NCBI GenBank assembly: GCA_020184695.1
Contig: JAANOX010000258.1
Location: 1-64,000, forward strand
Reading direction: 5' to 3'
Length of the DNA: 64,000 bases
Origin: Histomonas meleagridis 2922-C6/04-290x
Lineage: Eukaryota; Protista; Parabasalia
Under the pieces are notes generated by a model. It had not been told where the DNA came from and did not search any database. It saw only the letters and a list, made by a program, of their open reading frames with translations. The translations under genes were made by a program, and so were the position numbers. Shown piece after piece: positions 1 to 11,199 of the stretch; positions within the stretch are counted from its first letter, which is position 1; each line of letters begins with the position of its first letter.

Positions 1-276
1 TAATGCCAACAATACTGAATAAAAGAGTAAATTTGGCGTATAATTCATTTTTAGATTGAACTTCAATTTAGTGTATCAGTCAATAAAAATATTTTATTTC
101 ATTTTATTTTTTTAGACGAAAGATATGAATACATTTTAATAGGGCATAGAAGCCATCTTGACTCATCAAGGTCACAAGATATTGATTATTATCGACAACA
201 AAATTTGGGGCGCCTCATTTTCTGTAACTTACAACGGCCACTTTTTTACTGACCGACATGTCGATATATATATCAA

Positions 277-2917
277 ATGGAACAAGAGAAAAATTCCACT
301 GAGAAACAAGAGTTATCCGAATTAGAATATCTTCAAAAAATTGAAGAGGCAATTTTTGATTTACAAAGCGATAACATACAAGAAATTGCTCTAACAATAA
401 TGAAATATTATCAACCCAATATACAAATTTCCTTCAATCATATCATTTGTTATTTAACATATTCATATTTCATAGCAAATAGCAAAAACGATGATATATG
501 TATTCGTTTTTTGCAAGCGATTGAATCTCAAGAACGATCAATCAAAGAAAACCAAAGTAATATTCTCAAAATATTTGCTCAAATTCTTCTTGATTCTTGT
601 TCAGATGAATCTAATTATCTTCTTGAAAAGTTGCTTGAAAACAAAATTATTGATGAGAAATTTGTGATAGGCAAACAAACATATTACTTCGGACACTTAC
701 GAACTATTGAAGAAAATCAAAAAATACAACAAGACTCAAAGTTTACCGGTTCCTTTTTATCCAAATTCGATGAATATTCTAAAGAAAACTTTGAAACTCA
801 TAAGCGCTTAATATCCGAAGGTGTTAATCCAAATGAATTATCGAAAGTTTTACGAAATGATGACATTGAAGCACTTCAAGGGATTACATCGCAACAAGAT
901 TTTAATTATGATCAACTCATTGAATCATCAATGTATGAGCGATGTTCATATGTTAATGAAATATATGGCCCAAAGAGAAAGACATTAGTTAATTTTGCTG
1001 CTTATTTTGGGTCTATTAATTGTTTTAAATATTTATTAATGAATAATGCAAAAGTTTCTGACACAGGAAATTACGCTGTGGCAGGCGGAAACCATGAAAT
1101 CATTCATTTGTGTGAACAAAATCATTCATCTTTCGATAATGCACTTATAGTTGCTATTGAGTTCCATCGAAACGATGTCTTTAAATATTTTTATGAGAAT
1201 AAAACAAAATTTAGACCGAATACAAAGGATTTAATAGATGAATGTTTGCTTAATGATAACTATGAAATTTTAGGATTCCTTTTAGATGAAGGGTATATAC
1301 TTGTGAATGATGTTTGTATTAACATAATGGCAAAAAAAGGTAATTTATTCATAATAAAATATTTAAAAATATTCCCAAAGGGAATTTTAGCTTCTACATA
1401 TATGAATAATATGGAACTTGTTAATTATTTATTAAATGAAAATTCAGTTGATATTAATTCTGAAACTATTTTTTGTGTTTGTTTCAAGTTAATTTTTTAA
1501 TAATTTTATGTTTTTTGCTTATTTTTGGTGTCTTACATAAATATTTGATACTGCTTTTTCAATAGCAGCTCAAAAAGGTTATGATAATATTATTGAGTTA
1601 CTTCTTAATCATAAGAATTTTGATTATTCAGCGAAAAATGTTTGTTTCGTATGTTTCATATTAATTGAATTTTTTTCATGTTATTATTAATGATTTGGAA
1701 TTTGTTTAGAAAACATTATACACCACTATTCTTTGCTTGCGCTTATAATAAAATAAAGGCTGTTCAGTTTCTAATTGATAAACATATTAATATTAATGAA
1801 ATAAGTGATTTTTGTTTTCATATAACAAGGTTTATTGTTTTGTTTTTTGTGAAACTGTTATTGATGTGCCTTGTAAAAAAGGTTATTTTGATATTGTTAA
1901 ATTACTTGTTCAACATGGCATTGACTTAAGTGCCAGAGATGAAATTTATTTTATGTAATTTATGTTTTAAGTTAAAATTTGAAATTTATTTTAATGATAA
2001 GATTCAGCATTATTCCATGCATATTATAATAACCATATAGAAATTGTGAAATACATTATCGAACATGGGGTTGATGTTAATTTTCAAGACGTTTTTTTCA
2101 TTTTGTTTTGTGTTTCTTTTCATGATTTTTTGTTTGATAATATAATTTGGAAATCATTTGATTTGTTTTGTACATTACTTATGTTAGCATCATTAAATAA
2201 TCAAATCGAACTTGTACAATTTTTACTTGAACAAAAAAAGATTGATGTTAATGCAAAAATTATTTATTTGTTTTGTTTGAAATTTATTTTAATAAAATGA
2301 AATTTCGAAATAATATTTGGAAATTGTTTAAAGTATTTTGGACATCATTAATGTGGGCATCTCAAAAAGGTCATCTTGAAGTAGTTAAATTACTTCTTCA
2401 ACAAAAAGGAATAAACATTAATGCTGTACATATATATTTGTTTTATTTATTATATGTTTTGTGGGTTTAATATTTCGAAATAATATTTGGAAATCATTTA
2501 AATCATTTAATACATCACTTATATATGCTGTTTATAATAATGATATGGAAGTGGTCAAATTATTACTTAAACAAAAAGGTATTAATTATAACGCTGTTAA
2601 TGTTTTATTATTTTGTTTAATGTTTGTTGAAATATTTCGATGTTTCATATAAATATTTGGAATTTATTAAAAGTGTTTAACTCAGCTTTGATGGTTGCAT
2701 GTGCAAGAGGTTATGCTAATATTGTGAAATTACTTCTTAAATGTAAAAAAATTAATATTAATATTAAAAATATTTTTCCCTTTTATTTGAAATTTATTAT
2801 AAAAATTTGAAATTTCAAATTTGGTTTTGGCGTTTATTAATTTTATTTCAAACAGCTTATCAAATCGCAAATAAAATAGGTTATAAAGAAATCGCCAAGA
2901 TGGTTAAAAGAAAATAA
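277..2917 (+). CDS. DUF3447-type ankyrin repeat protein (gene A), interrupted by 33 non-canonical ~17-nt inserts; decoded length 692 codons including stop
   Basis: The ORF 277-1500 has the trichomonad DUF3447 block (LVNFAAYFGSINCFKYLL...AVAGGNHEIIHLCEQ). Removing 565 nt of inserts in 9 clusters (1468-2848) joins the downstream fragments in one frame to TAA 2915-2917. Decoded hairpins: SETQYGDTAF, AKNHHGYTPL, ARDEYEDSAL, FQDCFGCTLL, AKIEEGWTSL, AVHINGNTSL, AVNNDGNSAL, IKNEEGQTAY. Confidence 0.88.
1468..2848 (+). other. Array of 33 non-canonical micro-inserts (mostly 17 nt) separating single-codon exons
   Basis: Example at 2602-2681: AAT|gttttattattttgttt|AAT|gtttgttgaaatatttc|GAT|gtttcatataaatattt|GGA|atttattaaaagtgttt|AAC|TCAGCT = N-N-D-G-N-S-A. 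Length exceptions: 19 nt (1488-1506), 18 nt (2091-2108), and an ambiguous pair totalling 35 nt in 1807-1850. Confidence 0.88.
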
Positions 2918-3149
2918 AACCAATATGTCTCGTTAATTAAGTAAAAATGTAATTTGATTTCAGAAAAATTTTTTGGTACACAGTTTCATGAAGCCTGTAA
3001 CAAACGATAGAAGTTTCTATATAACGATGATATTTTTCTGAGAAAAACGATTGTTTGATCATAGAATTTACTTATCGGTTGTCTCATGATACACAACAAA
3101 AAAACATGAAAACCGAAATTATTACAATTTATTAAACTTTCTTTGTATG

Positions 3150-4055
3150 TTATTCAAAACTATTTGTAAGTTTTTGTTTTTTCATTTTCCACAAACTTTT
3201 ATCAAGTTTTAATAACTCTTCTCTCATTATTTTTTTCTGTTCTTCGTTATACGTCAATTGTTCTCTAAGAACTTTTGCTTCTTCATCCGCTTTCATTAAT
3301 TCATTTTGGAGTTCATAATAATCTTCATAAAAACTTTCGATTTCATTTTGAATTTCATTTATTGCTTCATTTGATTCTTTAATTTCATTTCGAAGAACTG
3401 TTTCAGTGTTATTTACTTCTTTCATTCGCTGATTATAAGTTGTTAATGATTGTTTCGATTTGTTTCGATATGAATTAATATCGTTGTTAATTTTTTCGAT
3501 TTCTTCATCAATTAAACTTTCGGAATTTTTCATGTCGTTAAAAATAATTTGTAATTTCTCATTATGTTCTGTTGTAAGTTTTGTTAATTCATTTTGAAGT
3601 TCTTGGATTTGGGTGGTATAAAGTGTTTCATTTTGCTTGAAATCACTTATAGAAATTTGAAGACGAGATCTGATCATGAGAAGATTCTCTTTTCTTTGGA
3701 AATTGATCTCATTTAATTCATTTTCAAGAGATTGTACTTGCGCTCGAAGGTCATTGCATTCCATATTGATCTCTCGAATTTGGGCATCCATTTCTGAATC
3801 TTTTTGCATTAATTTATTTTCATATTCTGTTTTTATTCTTTCTAATTCAAATTTTTTAGCATATACTTCTGCATCCTTTATGGCAGCAATTGTTTTGATT
3901 TGAGTTTGTGTCCATTTTTTTGATGCAATTTCTGATTTTTTTAATTCTTTTTCAAAACTATTCTCATCACTTTGATTTGATGAAATACTTAAGGAACTTT
4001 CAAATTCACTTTCAGAATATGATTGCGATTGGGAATCAAAAAAATAGGATCCCAT
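3150..4055 (-). CDS. Coiled-coil hypothetical protein, 301 aa
   Basis: Long ORF with ATG start, a Ser-rich N-terminus and E/K/Q/L heptad-like composition. Confidence 0.75.
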   Translation of the reverse strand: MGSYFFDSQSQSYSESEFESSLSISSNQSDENSFEKELKKSEIASKKWTQTQIKTIAAIKDAEVYAKKFELERIKTEYENKLMQKDSEMDAQIREINMECNDLRAQVQSLENELNEINFQRKENLLMIRSRLQISISDFKQNETLYTTQIQELQNELTKLTTEHNEKLQIIFNDMKNSESLIDEEIEKINNDINSYRNKSKQSLTTYNQRMKEVNNTETVLRNEIKESNEAINEIQNEIESFYEDYYELQNELMKADEEAKVLREQLTYNEEQKKIMREELLKLDKSLWKMKKQKLTNSFE

Positions 4056-4110
4056 AATTTATATTCAAAACGGAAAATGTAAAATCGAACAAAGTTAGTC
4101 AAAATAGGAT

Positions 4111-4350
4111 ATGAACTTGTCTAAGGACCCAATTCTAAGGAAAAGAATGACCACAATGGTGGAAGAAATTTATGATAAATGTGTTATCCCACCATCAAAA
4201 GCATCATCTCTTCAGCTTTCGGATCCTGAAAAAAAAGCAATTGATAGATGTACAATTAAATATCTTGAAACAGCAAAATATGTACAAGAAGTGTTCCACG
4301 AAGCAGTTAAAATGTTGACAAAATTTGTCTATGAAGACTCATCGAATTAA
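4111..4350 (+). CDS. Small Tim (Tim8/9/10/13-like) chaperone, probably hydrogenosomal
   Basis: 79 aa with the pattern EIYDKCV...LSDPEKKAIDRCTIKYLET, which matches the small-Tim helix-loop-helix but keeps only one Cys of each CX3C. Confidence 0.7.
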   Translation: MNLSKDPILRKRMTTMVEEIYDKCVIPPSKASSLQLSDPEKKAIDRCTIKYLETAKYVQEVFHEAVKMLTKFVYEDSSN

Positions 4351-4774
4351 ACAAATGTTTTCAAATCATTAAATATTAAATTTTCTCTTTAAATTTATTT
4401 ATTTCAAACTTACATAGGAGGGGAAACCTAAAACATTGTGACGTATTAGTAATATTAATCATATGAACATTTATTTGATAGGAAATTTAGTGCAATGCCC
4501 TATGGTAACAAATTTTACACTAAAAGTCAACCCAATGCTTATTTGCTATTATCTTGGGGTAGTAGTTTAAAAATAATAATTATTAATAATAATTTTTATT
4601 TATTGATTAGGAATATTTTATATAGAAAAAAATAGAAAGAAGAGACACGTAGGCATAAATGATCATGTTTCTTTTTTCTTAATCGATTAACATGGGTTTT
4701 AGTGTTATTTTAGAACATAAAAAATTTGAATTGCTTAGTTGACTTTTTGTGTGTAATTTGATCGTATTGCAACA

Positions 4775-6247
4775 TCAAAAACCGTTTTCAGTTTCCATTT
4801 CTTCTTCTTGACCCTCTGCCAAGAAGTCAGACAAAGCTTTATAAGCGTTTTCGACACCTGCTGACAATTCTCTTGTTTTTTCATCTAATTCATCTGAGCT
4901 TAACAATTCTTCGAACAAATTTGGCAAATCATCATCGATAAATGTATTTGAAATTTTATTTCTCGCGATTTCATCCATTTCCATTACATTTTCCATCATT
5001 TTTATTAATCCCTTTAACAACACATTCAGCTCTTCGCCCTTTAATGTCAGTAAAAATGGGGAAATAGCATTAATAATTCCAGCATGTAACAAATTTGATA
5101 TTTCAGTATAACTAAATGCGTCGGCATCAAACCCTTTTAGCAATGCGATAGCAGCCGCATTTCTAATATCGAAATGTTCTTCATCACTTGTCATTGCAAT
5201 TAGCTCATGTAAAATTCCGCCATCATGTAATTTAATAGCAAAGTCACTGTCCGTGATAATTGTTTCTACTGAAGAAATAAACTTATGTTTTACTTTATCG
5301 TTTTGATATTTTATTCCATCAACCAAATGCTCAAAGTTAAATGCAATCAGCATAAGTTCTTTTGCATACTTACAGTATAACATAAAAAGATTAAACGCTT
5401 GTTCCCTTACATCTGGTTGTCCGTCCAACAAAAAAAACGGTATCCTTTCGGTCACAAATTTTTCTGAGAAATAAGCGGTTTGGAGAGCAGTGAAGTAGTC
5501 GAAGAATCCGCAGTAAGCGAAGATCGATTCGACTAAATAGGCATTAACCTCGTTCACAAAGTAGGAAAAAATATAACCGAGAAATGAGACTTCATCTTCG
5601 TTGAGAAATTCGTGATATTTATAGGAAATTGAATTCAGAACCCTTATGATTGGTGAAAAAATGGGATTTTCGGGGTCTCTTAGAAGAACATTACTCCAGT
5701 ATTGAAGAACTCTAAGAAGATTATGAACATAATCAGGTGGAAAATCACATTCAATACTGATGTTGTAAATTGGTGTTAAAAATGTAGGAGTAGCTGGATC
5801 ATAAGGGACGGTAGTGTAGTGGCTAAGCTCAAAGTCAATGTTTTTGAGAACTTTATCAAGAATTTCATATGTAAATAATTGATAAATTTGATCTTTATTG
5901 CCACGAGTGTATTGAGTGCAAAATTCAGATAGAATAAAAAGGTGAGGGTAATCTTTGATTTCAATAAGGAGTTGTTGAATATGAGATAAAATTTTTAATG
6001 ATATTAAATAATCTACAATCCTGATAATTATTGAATCATTTTTAACTTCCTTCAATAGCTCACTAAGTAGTGATATATTTTTCAATGAATCATTGTGTTG
6101 TATAAGGCATAAGCTATATTGATTTAAATAAGAATAAAATTCATTTAGAGTAAGTTTTTCAGTAATATATTCATCACTACTTAAAAAATTTATAAATCTT
6201 GTATTTTTAGTTGGGAGAACTGATTTTGTTTTAAAATTCGAAATCAT
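4775..6247 (-). CDS. ARM/HEAT-repeat (importin-alpha-like) protein
   Basis: About 490-aa ORF (first ATG at 6247) with a helical Leu/Ile-rich C-terminal region (DIRNAAAIALL, AGIINAISPFLL, LFEELLSSD) and an acidic tail. Confidence 0.6.
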   Translation of the reverse strand: MISNFKTKSVLPTKNTRFINFLSSDEYITEKLTLNEFYSYLNQYSLCLIQHNDSLKNISLLSELLKEVKNDSIIIRIVDYLISLKILSHIQQLLIEIKDYPHLFILSEFCTQYTRGNKDQIYQLFTYEILDKVLKNIDFELSHYTTVPYDPATPTFLTPIYNISIECDFPPDYVHNLLRVLQYWSNVLLRDPENPIFSPIIRVLNSISYKYHEFLNEDEVSFLGYIFSYFVNEVNAYLVESIFAYCGFFDYFTALQTAYFSEKFVTERIPFFLLDGQPDVREQAFNLFMLYCKYAKELMLIAFNFEHLVDGIKYQNDKVKHKFISSVETIITDSDFAIKLHDGGILHELIAMTSDEEHFDIRNAAAIALLKGFDADAFSYTEISNLLHAGIINAISPFLLTLKGEELNVLLKGLIKMMENVMEMDEIARNKISNTFIDDDLPNLFEELLSSDELDEKTRELSAGVENAYKALSDFLAEGQEEEMETENGF

Positions 6248-6553
6248 TTGATGTGATCCAAGAATTTTGACAAACACAGCTTGTGAATTTTTATCGGTAG
6301 CAAATCAAAAAAATCAGCGCGTTGTTTCATGTAACACATATCAACAATTCATTATTTTTATCATGTACGTGCATTCGATTAAAAGACAAAATTTTTTCCA
6401 AAAAAAATACATATTAAATACGATTTTCTTTTTAATATTATAAAATTTCTTTCGTAATTTCTTGAAAAAAAGCTAACTCTAGGTATAATTTGTATCAATG
6501 CGTTGCATTTATTCCGAAAAAATTATTTTTTGATTTTAATACGAATACAAAAT

Positions 6554-6772
6554 TTAGATCTCAGACTCTGATTGAGGATTTGATGTATGGGGGAATCCGA
6601 TTCTGTATTGTGTTTGGAAAATATCAAGTTCTCTTCCATTCCAACTATCTTTCCATTCTTCATAATCATTTTCAAACTTTTCATCATTGAGTTCTTCAGT
6701 GTTTATTGATGCAAATTCATCGTCATGAACAATAGTGAATGTATCTCGTTCTTTATTTTTTGATCCTTTCAT
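6554..6772 (-). CDS. Small acidic hypothetical protein, 72 aa
   Basis: ATG-initiated ORF with a biased acidic composition; no recognisable domain. Confidence 0.3.
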   Translation of the reverse strand: MKGSKNKERDTFTIVHDDEFASINTEELNDEKFENDYEEWKDSWNGRELDIFQTQYRIGFPHTSNPQSESEI

Positions 6773-7471
6773 TGCTGATGAAGTGGAGAACGTTTATATT
6801 AAAGTGAATTTCCTTCGAAGAAAAGGATTTCAATTCTTTGGTTATATCAGTAAAATGAAAGACTTTCAGTCAAACACCGGTTTCAATAAATATATAAAAA
6901 TACTAAATGTAGATTTTTATATTATTGAAACATAAATTCAATTATATTCAACAAATAATGAGAGAAGCATATTTTCATGAAAACAAGAAAATGTTTGATA
7001 ACAAAATATCCAAAGATTTTTTTGTTGATGTTAAAAGTTACATTCATAAAAGATCAATTTTTGCAAAAATTTAACTGATCAGATTTTAAACTGTTTCTAA
7101 TATAAATTTGTTTGCTTATTTATCAAATAGTTTTTAAAAAGTTACTTAAGTTTGATGCTTCAGTCACATTTCGTATCCGAATCCTTTTTACCTCAAAAAG
7201 ACAGATAGAACTTTTTAAATTTATTCAATCCAGTTTGATCGTTTGTTGTTCATTTATCACTGTTAACGGTAAAAGTTGAAGTGCATTTAATCGTTAACTG
7301 CCAAGTTATTCCAACGCTAAAATAATCTCTCTCAATTGGCAGCATTCAATATTCAATGCATCATACTTTTTGACATTTTTTCTGGATTAGCCGCTGAATT
7401 TCATACACAAAAAGTTCATTCTATAAAAATATTGTATTCAAATTTGGACGCCGTCATAAACATTTTTCATT

Positions 7472-9988
7472 ATGAGTAACATAGGAAATTTCCACCAATT
7501 TGTTCTAAAGAAAATATATTTCTTTTTTATTTTGTTAATTTTTACATGTTCAGCACAAGAAATTTATAATGAGGAAACAAAAACACTCACAATTACAAGT
7601 GCCACCCAATTCATATCAGATTATTTACCATACAGAGGTCAAGCACAGAATGTCGTTATTTTAATTTCTGCTCGAATATCAGATAAAGTCTTTTCGGGTT
7701 GGACATCAATCACGACTCTTGAAATTGGTAATTCAGTTACAGCAATTGGCAATTTCACGTTTTCTGGGTGCACAAGTTTAAACGCAGTAAGCATTGGACA
7801 ATCCGTCAATATGATCAATGGAAATGCATTTGAAAAATGTTCATCATTAACAACTATAACAATTCCAAAGTCAGTTGGTACAATTGGAATGTATTCATTT
7901 GATGGTTGTAGTCAACTTAATGAGATAATATTTAACGAAGGATTGAAGACAATAGAAACATATGCATTCCAAAATAGTGTAATAATTCAGATTATAATTC
8001 CATCAACAGTTACATCATTAGATGCGACTGCATTTTATAATTGTAATCAACTTCAATCTATTACAGTTACTGAAGGAAACCAAAATTTTGCGAATTATAA
8101 AAACGATGGAATTTTATATGATAAAGCAATAAAAAACATCATTATTTATCCAAAAGGAAATTTGATTACATCAATTGTAATTCCTGAAACAATAATATCG
8201 ATTGGAAGCTATGTATTTTCGTCATGTAATAATATCAATACATTAACACTTTCAAGCATTAAATCAATTGGTTCATTTGCATTTTATTCATGTACAGGTA
8301 TACAAACAGTAACATTTAGTAATTCATTAGAGACACTTAGTGAATCATCATTCCAATTATGTACTTCGTTAACATCAGTTACAATTCCAGCAACAGTTAA
8401 AGAAATTGGTAAAAGTGCGTTTTATCAATGTGGAACAATTTCTTCTTTAACAATTAATAATGGTGTTGGTAATATTAATGCATTTGCATTTCATTCATGT
8501 GTTAAATTAACATCAGTAACAATTCCATCATCAATTAACACAATTAATGAAGGCGCATTTTATGGATGTAAACAAATTTCACAATTAATTATCGAAAAAG
8601 GTGTTGTAACAATTGGTAAAGAAGCATTTTGTCAATGTACATCATTAAAGTCAATATCAATTCCAACTGTTACAATTAATAATAATGCGTTTGCTTCTTG
8701 TTCTAATTTAGAAACAATTATACTTGAAGAAGGAGTAAAACATATTCAAGATCTCGTATTCCAATTATGTGTCAAATTAAAATCTGTTACAATACCAACA
8801 ACAGTTTCATTAATATCAACAAATCCATTTTTCGAATGTTCATCACTTGAATCAATTAAAGTAACCAAAGGAAACACTGCTTATTCCAATTATAATGATG
8901 ATGGCGTATTATATAATAATGTATTCACAACTCTTTTAGTATTTCCTATTAATTCTCCTCATAAAACTTATGTAATACCAAACTCAGTAACAAACATTGA
9001 AAGTTATTCATTCCAATCAAGTAAAATAGAATCGATTTCAATTGGTGAAAATGTGATAACAATTAAAAGTTACGCATTTTATTCATGCAAATCATTGAAA
9101 TGTATTTATTATTATGGTAAAACAAAGCCAACAATGGAAGAGAATGTATTCCAAAGTGTTCCAGCAACAAAAGTTATGGTGTTAGATAGATATGAAGGTG
9201 ATACCACATTTGGTAATAAGCAAATAAGTAAAACAGCAATAGATGGATGTAATACTATGTCAACATTTCCATTTACGTCATCATGTACATATTCGCCAAC
9301 AAGTTCATTCACTGGTACAAATACATATTCACAAACGAATACATTCACTAAATCAAATTCGTTTACAATGTCAAACACATTTTATAATTCTAAAACATAT
9401 ACAAAATCAAATACATATTTTGTTACATTCACTAAGTCCAATACATATAAAATCGAAACTTCAAATGACATTGAACAAATTTCTCAAACAACACTTACAT
9501 ATACATTAATTCGAAGCCAAACAATTTCGGTGCATACAATGACTTTCATAAATTCATTTACAATTTCCATGATCAATTCATCATATACGCACATTAAAAC
9601 AATGTTTATATATTACGAATACACTGTATTTGATTACACTTTCTTATACAGTTATTATTCCAATTTCTTCACAATCAACATTCAAAATCAAGAGAATAAA
9701 GAAGGGAATAACCTCTTCATAATCATTGCAGTTTGCGCTTCCGTTGCTGTTGTTATGGTCATTGTAATTGTCGCTGTGATATTAATCAGAAATCGTAACA
9801 AAAACGCAATACTCGTTGAAGAGAAAATAGAAAGTTTGGAAGATAATGGCGTGGAGACAATTCGCGACTTCTCACTGACCGGGCCGCAGTTTTCGAACGT
9901 CAAAGAGGACCCATTCGCAGACGACTTTAACGAGGATGAAAGTTTACGACTCCTCGATGAAAGTAATAAATCAGAAGATGATTCGTAA
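7472..9988 (+). CDS. BspA-like (TpLRR/LRR_5) type I membrane surface protein
   Basis: Repeats of xIPxSVTxIGxxAFxxCxxL, an S/T-rich stalk (TFTKSNSFT), a TM helix (IIIAVCASVAVVMVIVIVAVILI) and an acidic tail with DPFADDF. Confidence 0.92.
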   Translation: MSNIGNFHQFVLKKIYFFFILLIFTCSAQEIYNEETKTLTITSATQFISDYLPYRGQAQNVVILISARISDKVFSGWTSITTLEIGNSVTAIGNFTFSGCTSLNAVSIGQSVNMINGNAFEKCSSLTTITIPKSVGTIGMYSFDGCSQLNEIIFNEGLKTIETYAFQNSVIIQIIIPSTVTSLDATAFYNCNQLQSITVTEGNQNFANYKNDGILYDKAIKNIIIYPKGNLITSIVIPETIISIGSYVFSSCNNINTLTLSSIKSIGSFAFYSCTGIQTVTFSNSLETLSESSFQLCTSLTSVTIPATVKEIGKSAFYQCGTISSLTINNGVGNINAFAFHSCVKLTSVTIPSSINTINEGAFYGCKQISQLIIEKGVVTIGKEAFCQCTSLKSISIPTVTINNNAFASCSNLETIILEEGVKHIQDLVFQLCVKLKSVTIPTTVSLISTNPFFECSSLESIKVTKGNTAYSNYNDDGVLYNNVFTTLLVFPINSPHKTYVIPNSVTNIESYSFQSSKIESISIGENVITIKSYAFYSCKSLKCIYYYGKTKPTMEENVFQSVPATKVMVLDRYEGDTTFGNKQISKTAIDGCNTMSTFPFTSSCTYSPTSSFTGTNTYSQTNTFTKSNSFTMSNTFYNSKTYTKSNTYFVTFTKSNTYKIETSNDIEQISQTTLTYTLIRSQTISVHTMTFINSFTISMINSSYTHIKTMFIYYEYTVFDYTFLYSYYSNFFTINIQNQENKEGNNLFIIIAVCASVAVVMVIVIVAVILIRNRNKNAILVEEKIESLEDNGVETIRDFSLTGPQFSNVKEDPFADDFNEDESLRLLDESNKSEDDS

Positions 9989-10499
9989 AAGTGTTTATGA
10001 TGAATGAAATACTTTTGAATAAAAATCTTATATAATAACCTTAAAGACTTATTTTAATGAGTTTCAAGTTCTTGGATATTTTGGCTATTAAATTATTCAA
10101 AATTCAAGAGACGTCTTCAATTTTTCATAAGGGAGTCGATATTTGAGACATTCTGTTGTTGTTGTCGATATTTGAAACCTCCAACAAATATCGTGAAATT
10201 TTATTCAGGAAATTAGAGCATTTATGTTTAAAACAGAAAAGTATAAAATGGCATCAATTAATGGTAAGCCACTGAATTCAATCGCATCTAATCTCAGAAT
10301 TCTTCAACATTCAAAAACAAAAATGTATTTTTTTTCTAATATATTTAATTTCTTTCATTTCTATATTTGCATTTTTTATTCAGCAATTATCGAATTATTT
10401 ATCATTAATATTATTATGTTTTCGATAAAATAAAATATTTTTTCACAAATTATCTCATAAATAATCACATTCACCGCCAAGATAAACAATTCCTCGCAT

Positions 10500-11006
10500 T
10501 TATATTTATAATATTTTTCAATAATTCATTTGAAGTATTCAATGATACAACGAAAACTTCTACAATTACAAACATAAATTAAATTACAAATCAAACTATG
10601 GATTTTACAGAACATATTGTAATTTCAAATGTTGAAAAAAATTAATTCATATGCATTCACATTATGGCCACTGTTATCTACATTACAAATTGGAGATTTT
10701 GTTAATAAAATCATGCGTTATGCATTTTCAGAATGTTATAAATTAGAGAATATTGAGTTTGGGAAAGATTTAGAAATAATTGAAGAATATGCATTTTACT
10801 ATTGCATTTCATTAAAGAATCTCACGATTCCAAGTTCAGTTAAATCTCTTGGCAAAGGCGCATTTTACGGTTGTTATGATCTTCAAACAGTAATACTTGA
10901 TGAGGGTTTGACATCAATTGGTTCTGTAATATTTGCAGAATGTTGCAATTTAACATTTGCTCATATTCCAAGTTCTGTATCAAAATTCACAGAAAGGACT
11001 CGATGA
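10500..11006 (+). pseudogene. Truncated BspA-like LRR gene
   Basis: LRR motifs (LTIPSSVKSLGKGAFYGC) in 10629-11006. The upstream segment has an in-frame TAA near 10590, and there is no stalk or TM helix. Confidence 0.65.
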
Positions 11007-11199
11007 AATCAGAATAGAGAATGAAAAATATTCGCGAGAGCATCCAGAAATAAATCAAGCTATTCACAAATTTGTATGTTCTATTTTAAATGAAAAACTT
11101 GATTGACGTCAATGAATTTACAGTGGTGTTCTTTACAAATTCAAATAATTTTAATTTCACAAAATAAGTCTGTCTTTGATAAATACAAATTTTTTAATT

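Noticed and set aside
1678-2652. Short ORFs in the track (e.g. 1678, 2046, 2273, 2461; also 28187, 28903, 29070, 30037) as separate genes
   Set aside because: Each is a fragment of one ankyrin exon running into insert sequence (IYLFCLKF.., NNIWKLFK..), explained by the decoded genes.
1468-2848. Sequencing or assembly artefact, or random pseudogene decay
   Set aside because: Errors would not give dozens of exact 17-nt segments at the same protein position, with slot-specific consensus, on both strands and in five loci.
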